From IMG/VR virus record IMGVR_UViG_3300044798_000325, positions 5,165 through 69,164 of that record: DNA of 64,000 nucleotides; one strand, 5' to 3'. The position numbers and the translations under genes are program-made. The DNA comes from a virus. Positions within the stretch are counted from its first letter, which is position 1; each line of letters opens with the position of its first letter. Below the pieces are notes generated by a model that was given only the letters and a program-made list of their open reading frames with translations, made no database searches and had not been told where the DNA came from. Of this stretch, positions 18,931 through 32,000 are shown piece by piece.

Positions 18931-20049
18931 GTGACCATGAACTTCGATGACATTTTAGGGAAACTGATGCCGCTGTTCGAGCAGAAGATGGCCTTCAACA
19001 TGGAGATGAGCAAACGGGCCATGTCGCTCGAAGAAAAGAAAGAGGCGAGCAAGACGGATCTTGAGTACCGGAAACTCGAAGCTCAGATCACGGGAGACAA
19101 GGACAAACTGAAATGGGAGAAGGAAAAACTGACGACCGCGATCAAGGGCGATTATGATCTTCAGACGCTCAAGAATAGCGGGATGCTTGATCAGAAGCGC
19201 CTTGAAGGGCTCGACGCGAAAGACAAACAGAAGATCATGGAAGAAGGCGCGAATGCCAGGGCGAAACTCAGCGCCGACACCGAGACGAACAAGACGAAAC
19301 TAAATGCCGAGACCGAGACGACCAAGGCATACTTGACAACCCTGGGCACGATCCTCGGGCACGCACAAGAGGTCAGCCAAACGGGCGTTGACGGGGTCAC
19401 GAAGACGAGTAAGCCGACAGCAGAGGTGGGGAACGCGGCAAGGTCACTCATGGAGCAAACCGGGCTCGCGAAGCCAGCCGCCACGCCCCAGGCCAGGAAT
19501 GTGGCTGGAGAAGCTGAGTTCGCGGCGGGCGTTCTCAGGGAACACGAAAAGGCAGGGACACCTGACAGCGCACGGAACTATTTGAATGCCCTTCCCGCCG
19601 ACACCAGACAGGCGGCACTGGCGCTCCTGAACCCAGGGGCCGCCGCTACCCTGGCGACGGGAGTAGCGCCCGTCACTCCGGCCCCCGGCGTAAGACCGCT
19701 CGTCTCGCCGGTTCAGCCCGCCGCCCAGGCTCCACCAGTAAGGCCAGAAATGGAAGTTGTGGACCGGCATAACCGTGACAACCCTCTGGGTGGACCGAAT
19801 CCATTCCCTGGTGCCCCGATCGTGGGGGCTCCGGTCGCCGAGCGAGGACCCCTGACATCAAGCCTGATGTCCCCGAGTGCGATGGGCCAAAGAGCATTGG
19901 GGGTTTTCAATACCCCAGCGCAGGTAACGCAGGCGAATGATCCGGCAAGGGCCGCCGCGATCCAGAAGCAAGCCGATGCCGACGAGGAGGCACGGAAACG
20001 TCGCGTCGCAGTCCGGCAAGCAAGGGGGCTTACTTCCATAGGGTTTTAA
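18931..20049 (+). CDS. Putative internal virion/ejection protein
   Basis: AGGAGG RBS; helical N-terminal half and Pro/Ala-rich C-terminal half; immediately upstream of the giant protein. Confidence 0.65.
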   Translation: MTMNFDDILGKLMPLFEQKMAFNMEMSKRAMSLEEKKEASKTDLEYRKLEAQITGDKDKLKWEKEKLTTAIKGDYDLQTLKNSGMLDQKRLEGLDAKDKQKIMEEGANARAKLSADTETNKTKLNAETETTKAYLTTLGTILGHAQEVSQTGVDGVTKTSKPTAEVGNAARSLMEQTGLAKPAATPQARNVAGEAEFAAGVLREHEKAGTPDSARNYLNALPADTRQAALALLNPGAAATLATGVAPVTPAPGVRPLVSPVQPAAQAPPVRPEMEVVDRHNRDNPLGGPNPFPGAPIVGAPVAERGPLTSSLMSPSAMGQRALGVFNTPAQVTQANDPARAAAIQKQADADEEARKRRVAVRQARGLTSIGF

Positions 20050-20079
20050 CGCCAATTAACATCCGCAAGAGGTCGTATA

Positions 20080-23000
20080 ATGGATCTGAATTCGTCCGCA
20101 AGAAGTCCACTATCGCTGTCCAAGTCCTTTTATGATGACATCACGAAGGACATTCCCTCTCCTGTCTCGAAGGATTTCTATGACGCTGTCTCAAAACCAG
20201 TAGAGGCAAAACAGGTCCCTGTTACCCCGGCCCGCTACGAGATGGCGTCGCCGGGAGAGATCGCCGAGACTGTCGGCGCGATCGGCGAGGCGGTGATCAG
20301 GATCCCCCTGCAGGTTGCCGGTGCAACCGCGAGTGCGATCCGGGGTGGATCACGAGAAGCCATAGCTGACAAAAACTCCTTCCTGACCAGGATCATCGAC
20401 ACCGCCAACAAAGACGCAGAGGATTTCCAGAAGAAATACGCCGACAACAAGGTGGTCATCGCACCGCTTACGAAACTCGGCCTTCCCGCCGATTTGGACA
20501 CGCAAACGATCACACGAGCCCCCCAACAGGCGGCATTCTCGGCGGTGAGCGCTGGTGCCGGTCTCGCAGCGGGCCTCGGCACGGCGGCAATCTCCGGTCC
20601 CGCGGCACCCATTGCCGGACGTGCGGCTGGTATGGCCGCATCCGGTGCGGCAGGATACCGGATTCAAAAAGATATGTCAGCCCAGCAGTTATACGCGAAA
20701 CTCAACGAAACCAGTATGAAGGCGGTGGGGAGAGAACTGACCCCGGAAGAATGGAAAACGGCCTACGATCGGAACGAGGGGCTCCTGGTCGAACAGGGTA
20801 TTTCTGAAGCCATCCCCGAAGCCATCGGGAACTTGGTCGGGTTTGAGCTGTTTTTTGGAGCGGCTAAAAACATATTCGGCAAGCAGCTCGCGAAGACGGT
20901 TATCGGGAAGACCCTCGGCAAATATGGGGCGGGAGCTGTCGGCAAGCTCCTGGCAGAACAAGCGACGGAGCAGGCCACGGAAACAGTGTCGCAGCAGTGG
21001 CAGCATAACCTTGATCTGGAAATGGGGCTTTCTCCTGGCGCGACGAAGCGTTCATGGACCAGTTTTGACGATCTGAGACAGTCCAACAAGGAGATCTTCT
21101 CTGACATCCTTCTTCTCACCGCGGGAATGGGCGGCGCCGGACTCGTGGGTGGACACATCCAAGCCAAGATGGACACGAAGGCATCGGCTCAGCTCGTGAA
21201 GAACGTTGTCGCCGAGAACAAGTTCGGGTCGATCCCCAATGAATTTCTCCCGGCCATGTACGAGCACGCGCAAGAACTATCAGATAAGCGTCCACAGGAT
21301 AAGGGCCTGACCACTGCAAGAGACGCCTTCGCGACCGAGATGGACAAGCGCGGCATAGACTTCGACATGACGAGCAAGTTCAAGGAATACCTTGCTCTGG
21401 ACGCGGAGATAAAGACGGAGGATGCCACAGGCGAGGATGTGGCAAGATGGGTCTCTCTACGGGATGAATTCAATGAAAAAAACATCAGCCCGGATCTCTA
21501 CCAGCAGTATTTGACCTACCAGTCGGACATCAACAAAGCCGTTGGACTGCAAAAACTCATCGCGACGGGCAAGGCGACGGATCCCCAGCGGAAAGAATTC
21601 AACCGGCTGGCCGGCGCGGTTGCCTCCAAGGCCACGATGTTCGGGTTCCCCGAGGAAGTTCTCGACTCTACCGGTGTTGAAAAGGGCGGCGTGGTCAGAA
21701 AGCCCCTGGGGCCAGCCAAGGGGGCGGCGAGGGATATTCTCCTGGCAGACGAACCGGCAGCCAAGCGGAAGAACCTCACGGCGAAGGACATCTTAACGGA
21801 AGGGGATGTCGACATCCAGTCCGAAGATGATCTGACCCCCGAGGCCCTGGCTGACATCGACAAGAAATTGAAGATCGCGGGCACGGGCGGCGCGAGAACG
21901 CCGCTGAATGTAGCTGGGGAAACTCCGGCAAAGGTTCTGGACATCACGAAAGAGGTCAAGACCCAGGATAAAAAGACGTTCGATCTCTGGGACACCCAGG
22001 AGACCGGGACCCCGCCTTTCGTTCGGACGAAGGTGGAGAGCCTATTCGCGGAAGGCGGCACGGCGGCGGTCCTTGATGAATACCGGGGCGAAGATACTGT
22101 CAGTGCATATGCCCGGTATCGGCTCGGGATGTTGGAGAAAACCGCCGTGGATAAGAAGACCGCCGAAGCGCCCGCAGCCCAAGGTGCCGCACAAGAAACG
22201 GGTTTAGCGAACCAGATCGCAACCGGCAATTTGGTGGAAGACTTTACGTTTCCGGAACATTATTCTCCTATGGACCTGAATGGACTTTGGGATGAACTTT
22301 ATATGGCCAGCGATGATATTGCGGCCAAGAATAAACCAACCATCGATGCCCTTGCCCAGGAACGGGACGCACTGAAATCGGACCGCGGTAAAGAAGCGGT
22401 TGCACGGAAGAAGCAGATCGATGAAGAGATCGGGAACCTTCGGGCGGAATCGCAGATTGTCACCCGCCATGCGGAAATTGCCTGGCAGTATGCCCAGGAG
22501 GACCTGGCCCGAAAGGTCGTAGCAAAGTTGAAAGCAGAAGGAATTGAGGCCGACAACGATACGGTCTATGACGCCATCGCTACCCTGGCGGACGGACGTA
22601 TGAATGAACAGGGTTGGAAGCAGCCTTTACTGCAGCAAGTGATTGATTCGGTAAAGGGAGGGGAAGCACCCACACCAAAGTCGGCCCGAGAGAAATCGGA
22701 TGAAGAGGTCAAACAATACCGGGATGCAGGACATAATATCAACGATAACGGCGTCTATAATGAACCAGAAAAGATCTCCATCCCATTCAGCAAGTCATCC
22801 GGAAGGGAGGGCAGCATCCGCATAGCGGAAGGCCCTGACGGGAAATTCCGCATTGGCGTCAATATCTCGAAAAAATATGGCGACTACGAGGGGAGCGGAA
22901 ATGCCCCAGGTATCGACGGCACGCCATACGATACGCGAGCCGAGGCGATCAAAGCCGGCATTGACATAATAAGGAGCCGTACAAAAGACGACGACTCCAA

Positions 23001-26000
23001 AGGGAAAGCCGCCTTGGTAGAATTGGCAAAGTTCGAGAAAGAGCAAGCCACTGAGACCAAGGCCGCAGGCACGGGCGGCGCGAGAGGACCCGTGGATGCC
23101 GTTGAATCCGCACCTAGGAAGATCGTGACGGTCATCAGAACGGAGCACGTCGATAGAAGCAAAGCCAGCGCAGCGGACCTGGCAGCAGACTACAAGGCCC
23201 GTGGACTCGATAGGCATCTGGCATGGGATGAGTTCATCAAGGACCGAATACTGAAACCGGAGATTGATGCTAAAGTTTTCTATGCCCTTTTCGACAAGAC
23301 ATCCCCTATCCCCCTGGTCGGAAAGAGAACGTCAGAAGAAGTATCCTTTGTTCCCACGCATCGCAGGATTTCAAGCGGTGAGCTTGTCCAGGCAGAACCC
23401 CCAAACGAGAGCGGTATTGCAAAAGTCATCACGGAATCCGGGAAGGCGGAATCCGACCACATCAGCAACTTAGCTTCGCTGGGAAAGAAGGCCCCGGAGA
23501 AGATCGGCCGGCAGACCAAAGAACCGTGGCAGATGACGAGGGGAGAGTTTAGGAATCAGCCAAATGTCTTTTCCGATGCTCAGGCGTATGCTCAACACTA
23601 TACGGAAGTTAAACAAGCCCTCTCCGAAGGCAAGCCCGTCCCCACCGAAGTCCTGAAAGACTACCCGGAACTTGAAAAAACGGAAGAACCCACGGAGATT
23701 AAGGCCGCGGGCACCGGCGGCGCGAGAGGCCCGAAGGCGGGGACCGTCAAGGCCCCTGAAGCAGCGAAGACAGAAAAACCTGTTCCTACCGCGGCAGAAT
23801 TAAAATCAAAGGAGGAAGAGGGTAAATCAAGGGGCGTCAAGAAGTATCTGCTCGAACATCTTGATGAAGCCATCGCCGCCCGGACAGCTTATGAGAACAA
23901 TAAGACCGAGGACGCCGGACCCCTCCACGTCCTCATCGACGTTCCCATGGACGGAAAGTTCCGGATATTGAACACGAAAGAGAACCTGGAGAAGTTCAAA
24001 AGGAAAGTGTCGGGGATGAAGGTGACGGCGGCGCTGAACAAGCTCCCGCAGCACTCCGACAAACCCACAGGCAAGTCCACGGATCTGATCACAAAAGAAG
24101 CGGAAGCGGAAGTCTCCGATTACTGGACGAAAAGGAGTGAGTGGAAGGCCAGATACGAAGCAATCCCGACAGAGGTTGAAGCTGCCAAGGCTCGCCTCGA
24201 CCGTTACAACGAGATCAAACGCAAGGTTGACGCCAAGGAGATCACCCTGAAGCAGCTCGGAGAGGATGCGAAGGCCGCATCGAATGAAGAAAATGCGGGT
24301 CCTGAAGCATGGAGAGATTCATGGTTCGGGAAGACCCCGACGTACAAAGACCTCACGGACCGGATCAAGGAAATAGAAAAGGAAATCAGCGATCTGGAAG
24401 CGTCAAGGCCGGAGATAGAGACCACCATCAAATCGTATTATCCCGGCCTCGCGAAAGAGATGTTTGAGGGGAAGGCAGTAGGGAAAGCGGGAGAGGAGAA
24501 GGCCCCGGCCGGGGCAACGGCGGAAGTCAAAGAACCGTGGCAGATGACGAAGGAGGAATACCGGAACGGCGATGTAAAACTCGTCGCTGCCCAGAAAGAT
24601 CTGGATGCGGCCAATGCCGGACTTGGAACGGGAAAGTGGGAACACGCCGGGGTCAGGTTAAAAAGAGTTGAAGCGGCAAAAAAGCGATGGTCCAAGGCAT
24701 GGGATGGCGCAGACAAGACTCACGGGGAGGCTGTCCGCCAAGCCCTCGCTGAAGGAAAACCCGTTCCCGAATCCGTCCTGAAGGATTACCCGGAGTTTCA
24801 GAAGGCCCCCGAAGAGATCAAGGCCGCCGGTACGGGCGGTAAAAGAGGCCCGAAGGAGGAAAAAGAGAGCGCCGCCTCTGGCAACGAACAGGCCGAAATA
24901 AGAGACCGGCTCAGGGCGCAGAATGCGCGAGAAGCCGAATTTGAATACCAGAAAAGGCGCATAGCCCTTTTGGAGGATGCGGACAAGGTTTCGCAGGCGG
25001 AGAAATTTTCGCAGGAGGATGCCAAGAGATTTCTCTCTGATCTCGATGCTTCCCCCGGCGATGATCCTGCGGCAAGGGAGGCTCTCTATGCAAAGTATCC
25101 TGAGATCGCCCCCCCGAAGGGAGAGGCACAACCGGTCGCGGCGGAAAAGAAAGAAGCCCCTTACGCGGCAGCCGTGGGGAAAATAGCGGGCAAGGCAGAC
25201 CGGGCTAAGGAGCGCGGATATGAGTTTGCTTACGGAGAGACAGCGAAAGGGTCCGAGCTTTATTGGGACATGGTTGGCATCTTCTCTGGCGCAAGCGCGG
25301 ATAAGTTGGTTGAGGCCGGGATTATCATCAGGAAAATACAGGCGGAAGCGCCCCAGGCCGACATCCTGAAGGAGATCGCCGAGATTTCAGATGAGGACCT
25401 TGATGCCCTGCTCGACGTGCCGGAAAAGAAAGAAGCCGCACCGATCATATTCCAGATCGACGACATGGTCAGACCAAAGGCCGGGAGTGGAATATCGGAA
25501 AAGAACGCTGGCCGGGTCCTTCATATCTTTACCGCGGCGGATGGCGTACAATCCATACGGACGGAAGGAAGCGGGAAGATTCACTTTTTTGCCAAGCACT
25601 TTGAACTCGCTTCCAAAGAAGCAACGCCCTCTGACGAAGCAGTCAAACGGCGTTCAGAACAGTTGACTGAATTGTCGAAGGACCTGACGCCGTTTTCCAA
25701 GACCATGCCCGCGAAGCCTACCCCGTCAGAAATGGGGGTACGGAAAGAGAGTCCGACCATGAGACAGGCGACGCTCATGGGCCGCACCGTTTGGACAAAT
25801 GGGAGCTATATTGAAAACTCAGAACTTGACCCTTACCCGAAGATGCAAGGCCGGACACTGGAAACGGGAGGGCTGGCTAACGGCAATATCATCTGGAATC
25901 AAGCGAAAGACTACGATGTCATAGTTGAAGGGCCGTTGGCGCTCCTGACGCGAGACAGAGAAACGATAGAAAAAGAGATATATCTTTTTGACCTCGGTGC

Positions 26001-29000
26001 GGATCATCCCCTTTTTGTAGCCAAAAGGCTCTATGACCATTTCTACATGAGATACGGAAATCTCATCCTGAAGTGGTCTGGCGACAGCAAAGACAAACTC
26101 CCGATGCTGTCCGTTTATGATGGCGATGAAATGGTCGGGGCGATGATGCCGATCGCGGATAACTCCATTGAATCCGTGAAGGCCATCAAGGAAGCCCTGG
26201 CATTGAAAAAGGGGAAGCATCCCCTTTTGGAAGGGCGCGGGTCGATACTCCCTTCAGCGAAACCGGCCAAGGCCCTCGACGATATCCTGGCCGATGTTGC
26301 CAAGGAGGGGGTCGAGGGTGCAGGAGAAGCCCTGAAAGGTCTCTATGAACTATTCGGCGGGGCATCCCTGAAGTCTTTCCCCGGTGGGTTTGATGAGGAC
26401 ACCTACCTGAAAGCAAAGCCCCACTTCGAGGCGGCTCTGGATCACTTCATTAAGGTGGGGAAGGGCCTCCGGGAATTCGCCGCGTCCATCGTACAGCAAT
26501 TCGGCGATGCGATCCGACCGTACCTGAAACAATTCATAAAGGATAGGAGGGATGGGGTTACAGAAGAAAATGCCGAAGAAGAGGGCGAAGTAATCAACCT
26601 TGACGAGAACACCGGGAATGGGGAGGGGGGAGCCCGGACCCGTCGGAAGTTGACCGATCAGGAGAAGGCTGAGAAAAAGGCCAAGGAAGTAGCCGCCGAA
26701 GAGAAAAAGGCTCGGAAGGCCGCGATGGGCGAATTCAAAAACGTCGGCTATGTCTATGATCCGGAGAAACTGAATCAGAAGATAAAGGATAAGCCGCCCA
26801 AGTCTGCGGCGAAGATCATTCTCGACGAAATGGTCCCTGGGAAATTATGGGCGATTGATTTCCCCGAAGGGGCGACGCCGGGTGTCGTGCGGGTAAAGGA
26901 TCAAATACAAAAGCACTTCCTGACGTTCAAGGAATATCTTACCGAAAACCGGGACCGGTTGCGCTATATGTCCGGTAAAACCATAGACGATAAGATCGAG
27001 CACTGGCTTAATTTTCGTGAGGGTTCTATCGACAAACTCAAGGAATGGGCGAACGAGTACGGAAAGACCATGCAGCCCGTCATTGATGCCTTTAATGGGC
27101 AGGCCAGTATCATAAACGTCATCGGTCGGTTACAGGATACCGTACTGGTTGGAGCCCGACAAGAAGATGGAAGGTTCCCGCCATACACAGAAGTGCAACA
27201 CAGTTTCGTCGGTCTTATGAGTACCCGTGATTACGTTCAGAGACCCCACAGCCTTTATGCTTTCCTGACCGATTCCTGGCAGCGGTTGCTTGAGGACGAG
27301 AACGATATCCTGCTGTCGGAGATCGACATCAACAAGCGCGGGCGCAACAAGATGGTGGTTCGCTCCGGCCTGCCCGATTACCGGGAGGATGTCGAACTGA
27401 AAAAGACCGAGGACTTTCAGGCTCCGTTCGGATTCAAGGGTGTCGGCTTCGGAGAAGAGGGGTGGATCAACCAGGAGGAGCGTAACCGCGTCATCCCGGC
27501 AGCGTATGATGCCTTCAAGGATCTGGCCGCGACCATCGGCGCACCCGACAACGGCATGAGCTTGGGCGGGGAACTGGCCGTACAGTTTGCCAACCTGGGA
27601 CACAAGGCGAAGGGCGCGGCGGCGGCATACTTCCCCACTGTCCAAACGATCAATTTCACCCGTGATAATGGCGACGGGACCATGGCCCACGAATGGGGTC
27701 ATGGATTGCAGGACCTGGCCGCTGATGATGCAAAAACCGAAATAGAAAAAGTTGTCAATACATTCCACCATGTCTATGACTTCGAGGCTGGAACCCGCCT
27801 GGTTGACGACCTGCTTGCGAAGGATTCCATGTTTCTCAAACGAATGGTGTCGTCAAAAAAGCAGCAGCGGATCGAGGCAGTAAAGAACGAAGTTACCAGC
27901 AGATTTGAGGATACGGTCAGGAAGGACACGGATTATTACAGCACCGCGCAGCAGATGGACCCTGACTATACCGCACGGGCGCAAGAGATGTGGGCAAGGG
28001 CGTTCGAGGCATACATCTACGATACATTGCAAGGCAAGAACAACTACCTGGTCAACGATTTCGTCGCCGCCGGCAGGGTAGGCGGCAAGGCCGGCGTCGG
28101 GACAAGGCTGGTATATCCCTCGGGGAAGGAACGCGAGACGTTCAATGCGACCATCAAGCATCTCCTGGACGGTCTTGTGTGGGATGAATCCGGGAAGCCG
28201 TCCCTCAAGGGTGATTACGTCTCCATTGAAAAAGCCAATGAATTGATGCTTCAGCTCCAGTTGAGATACCTTTTAGAACAGGTAGAGGCTCGATATACCG
28301 CGATCTGGGCGTCCGAACCATCCAAGGACGGGTATTTCTGGTATCGTTATGACGATACATCTTTCGGCCCGATGATGCAGCCGGATGGGTATGACGGATA
28401 TGACAAGGTGCATACGTCGGAAGGACAGAACGGTACGGGCGCGGTTGCCTACTTGACGCAGCTCCATCCCGATGCTATATTAGACTATAAGCTGTCAAAT
28501 ATCCAGTATGAGGGCGAAAACCCGACTTACATCTCCAAGGAAAGGGGTGGTATTGATGTTACACTTCAAGATGATGGCACAGAAGCACTGGAAGAAGTAC
28601 CTCCCAAGCCTGACGGCAGCCCTGATGAAGAAGGGGACGTTCGATCAGGAGACCGAGGAAGCGGCGACAGCGGCGTGCCGGGAACTTTCGAGCATGGTAA
28701 ACAGAGGGGCACAACTGGAAGCAGCGAAGGAGATAGTGCTGAAGGAGTACATCCTTCTCCCGCCGGAAACTACCGAATAACCGATCTCACCTTAAACGAT
28801 CCGAAATCAGTCCCCGTTCGGTTCGGTCTCAATTTATCTGCTGTCAAAGTCCTTAATCTTGTAGAATCCGAGAATCGCATTCCAACGGATGCCGAAAAGG
28901 ACATCATGGCTCAGTATAGCGGCTGGGGCGGAATGTCTGAGCTGTTTGCCTACGAACCCACTGCTGCATGGGCGGGCAAGGCCGAACTGCTAAAGGCCGA

Positions 29001-32000
29001 ACTCACTGAAAACGAAATTCGGGACGCAGCGTCGTCGTCAACATCTTCCTATTATACCCCCGTTGTCGTAGGTCAATTCATGTGGAAGCTAGCGCAGCGC
29101 CTTGGCTTTGAGAAGGGCGTCGTGTTGGACCCTGCCGTCGGTGCCAACGGCCTCTTCCTGGGTACCATTCCGGCGGACCTTTCCCAAGGAACGGCGTTGC
29201 AGGGGATCGAAATGGACACCCTGAGCGCCCGCATTGCCTCGAAACTGTATGGGCTTGCATCCATTGAGAACAAAGCATTCCAGGACGTGAAAAAGCCGAA
29301 TAACCGGTTTGATCTGACCATCACCAATGTCCCGTTCGAGAGAATCACGCCGACTGATCTGAAGCACAACAAGGGCGGGCATACGCTCCACAACTATTTC
29401 ATCAATAAGATGCTTAACCTGACCGCACCGGGAGCGTTGAGCATGATGATCACCACGTCAAACACGCTTGATACCGTCGGCGCCCACCTGACAGAATATG
29501 CGGAGAAGGCTCACTTTGTGGGTGCAATCCGGTTGCCTTCGGGCATTTATAGTGCCACGAAGGTGGCGACCGACATCCTGGTGTTCCGCAAGAAAATCGA
29601 GGGCGGAAAGTTCACGGGCATCCCCACCGAGGAATGGACGACCGCGGGAGAGGATGAATCGACTGGGCTGACCATCAATAATTATTTCCTCAAGCACCCG
29701 GAGATGGTTGCCGGGAAACTGGAAAAAATCACCGGCAGATACGGCAACGAGGGACTACGGGTAGTCGGTGATGGCGATTTGCAGGCCAACCTGGAGAGGA
29801 TCGCCGCCGCATTCCCGGACAAGATCGTCGAACGCGAGGCAGTCAGAGAAGCAAAGTCGATTGATGATATTATTTCAGCGCCCGGAACCATCAAAGAGGG
29901 TGGCCTTTATATCAATGATAAAGATGAGGTTTGTCTGAAGGAAGATGGCGAGGAGATGAAACTACCTGTCGCGACGGCCAGCGAACAGAAAAAGGCTGCG
30001 ATTGCCCGCGGGTATGTTCATATTCTGGATCAAGTTAGGACGGTCCTCCGGGCGCAAAAGACCGAGACGGACGATGCGGTCGTCAAGGCAGAACAGACCA
30101 AACTCAAAAAGTTTTACGATCAGTTTGTCAAGAAATTCGGCCCGATCAACGATCCAAAGAACCATGATGTGTATGTTGATTATACCGATTCCGCCTGGGT
30201 TATCGCGCTGGAAGAGTACGATCCGGATACCGGCAAAGTCACCAAGATCGCGGACATCTTCACCAAAAATATCACCGGCATAGCCTCTCGCCCGGACAGG
30301 GCGGACACCGACCATGACGCCCTGGCCATGGCCCTCGACGAATTCGGGTATCCTAATCTCGAATATATGGCAAGGCTGCGAAATTCAGATGTCGCGTCCG
30401 TAATGGCAGGGGTCGGCGACAAGATCATTGAGAACCCAGAAACCGGATTCCTTGAGACGATGGACGAGTACCTGTCTGGCAACGTGAAACGGAAGCTGGC
30501 CGTCGCAAGTGAAATGGCGCAGTCCAACCCCGAATATGCCCGCAATGTGTCCCTGCTTGAGGCGGCGCAACCGGCGGAGATCCCCCAGCACAGAATTACC
30601 GCCCGCATCGGCGCGTCGTGGATCAGCCCCGAGCACCTGGCGGAGTTTGTAAGAGATAAGATGGGACTGAGGCATGGCCTCCACGCGGTCTTTAATTTCA
30701 GCCCGGTTAGCAACGAGTGGTCCATGTCGTTTCATGGGGAGGAGCATTACAGGGGGCGCGGCAAGGGAGTTTCGGAAAACAAAGCCGAAGTGCAGCGGCA
30801 GATAGCCGCGGCAAAGGGAAGCGTCGAAGCAACGACCCTCTGGGGCACCCAACGCATGGACTTCTTTGAACTCATGAAGTGTGCCCTGCAAGGGAAACGC
30901 CCGCAAGTCACAGTTTACGTCGAGGGAAAACAATATCTTGACGAGGTTGCAACCCAAGCTGCCGAAGTAAAACTCCAGGACATCCAGTTGGAATTTGGTC
31001 GCTGGTTGTTTGCTGATACATTTCGGTCGGATCAGGCCGTCAAGCGCTTCAACGATCTCATCAATACATCCGTTCCGATGAATGCAGATGGGTCTCATCT
31101 TACCTTTCCCGGCAAAAGCATGTGGATGGTGACGCCGAAGGAAAAAGCAACCCTGGGCGTCGGCGACGCGCTGGTGTTTTACCCGCATCAGATGAACGCA
31201 GCATGGAAATACTTGAAAAACGGGAACCTGTACCTCGGCCATGAAGTCGGGACAGGTAAAACGGTGACGATGGGCCTGATCGCAATGGAAGCGAAAAGGC
31301 TGCGCGGCAAGAAAAAGGTTCTTTACGTCACCCTGAATGATTCAACTATGGGGCAGGCGGTCGCAGAGATCAAGAATCTCTATCCGATGGCAAACATCTT
31401 GCCGGTGCGCGTCTCGACCAATGAGCAGCGCAAGCAGCGGTCGCTTCAGAAAATCGCCCTGAACGATTTCGACATAGCGATCATGAGGCAGCAGGACTAT
31501 GACCGGATCGGCCTGTCGCCGGAATCGGAACGGGTGTTTATCGAAGAGGAGATCCTGGAGCTGCGGGAAATCCTCGAAGAGGCCAAAAGGGATGGGGCGC
31601 GGATTCTGGAGCAGGACATTCAGGTCCAGCTTCACGCATTGGAGGAAAAGCTGAAGGCCCCGAGTGTCTATGACGAAGCGAAGAAGAAGAACCTTTTCTT
31701 CGACGATCTTGGCATTGATCTCCTGATTGTGGACGAGGCCCATAAATACAAAAACGTCCCGTATGCCACCCGGCTTACCCGCATTACCGGACTCAACCCG
31801 GCGGGTAGCCCGACGGCAAAAGACTTCTTCCGCAAGACACAATATCTTAACGCGCAGTTCCCCAAAAAGGACGGGATCGTCCTGGCGTCCGGAACGGCTT
31901 TGTCGAACTCCATCGCAGAACTTTACAACATACAGAGGATGCTTCAGCCCCTGGAGGTAAAGCGGCAAGGGGTGTGGTCGTTCGACCGCTGGATTGCCAA

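Noticed and set aside
26545-26593. AGGAGG followed by a 13-codon +1-frame ORF in a linker of the giant gene
   Set aside because: The ATG is only 1 nt from the RBS and the ORF is too short to support.
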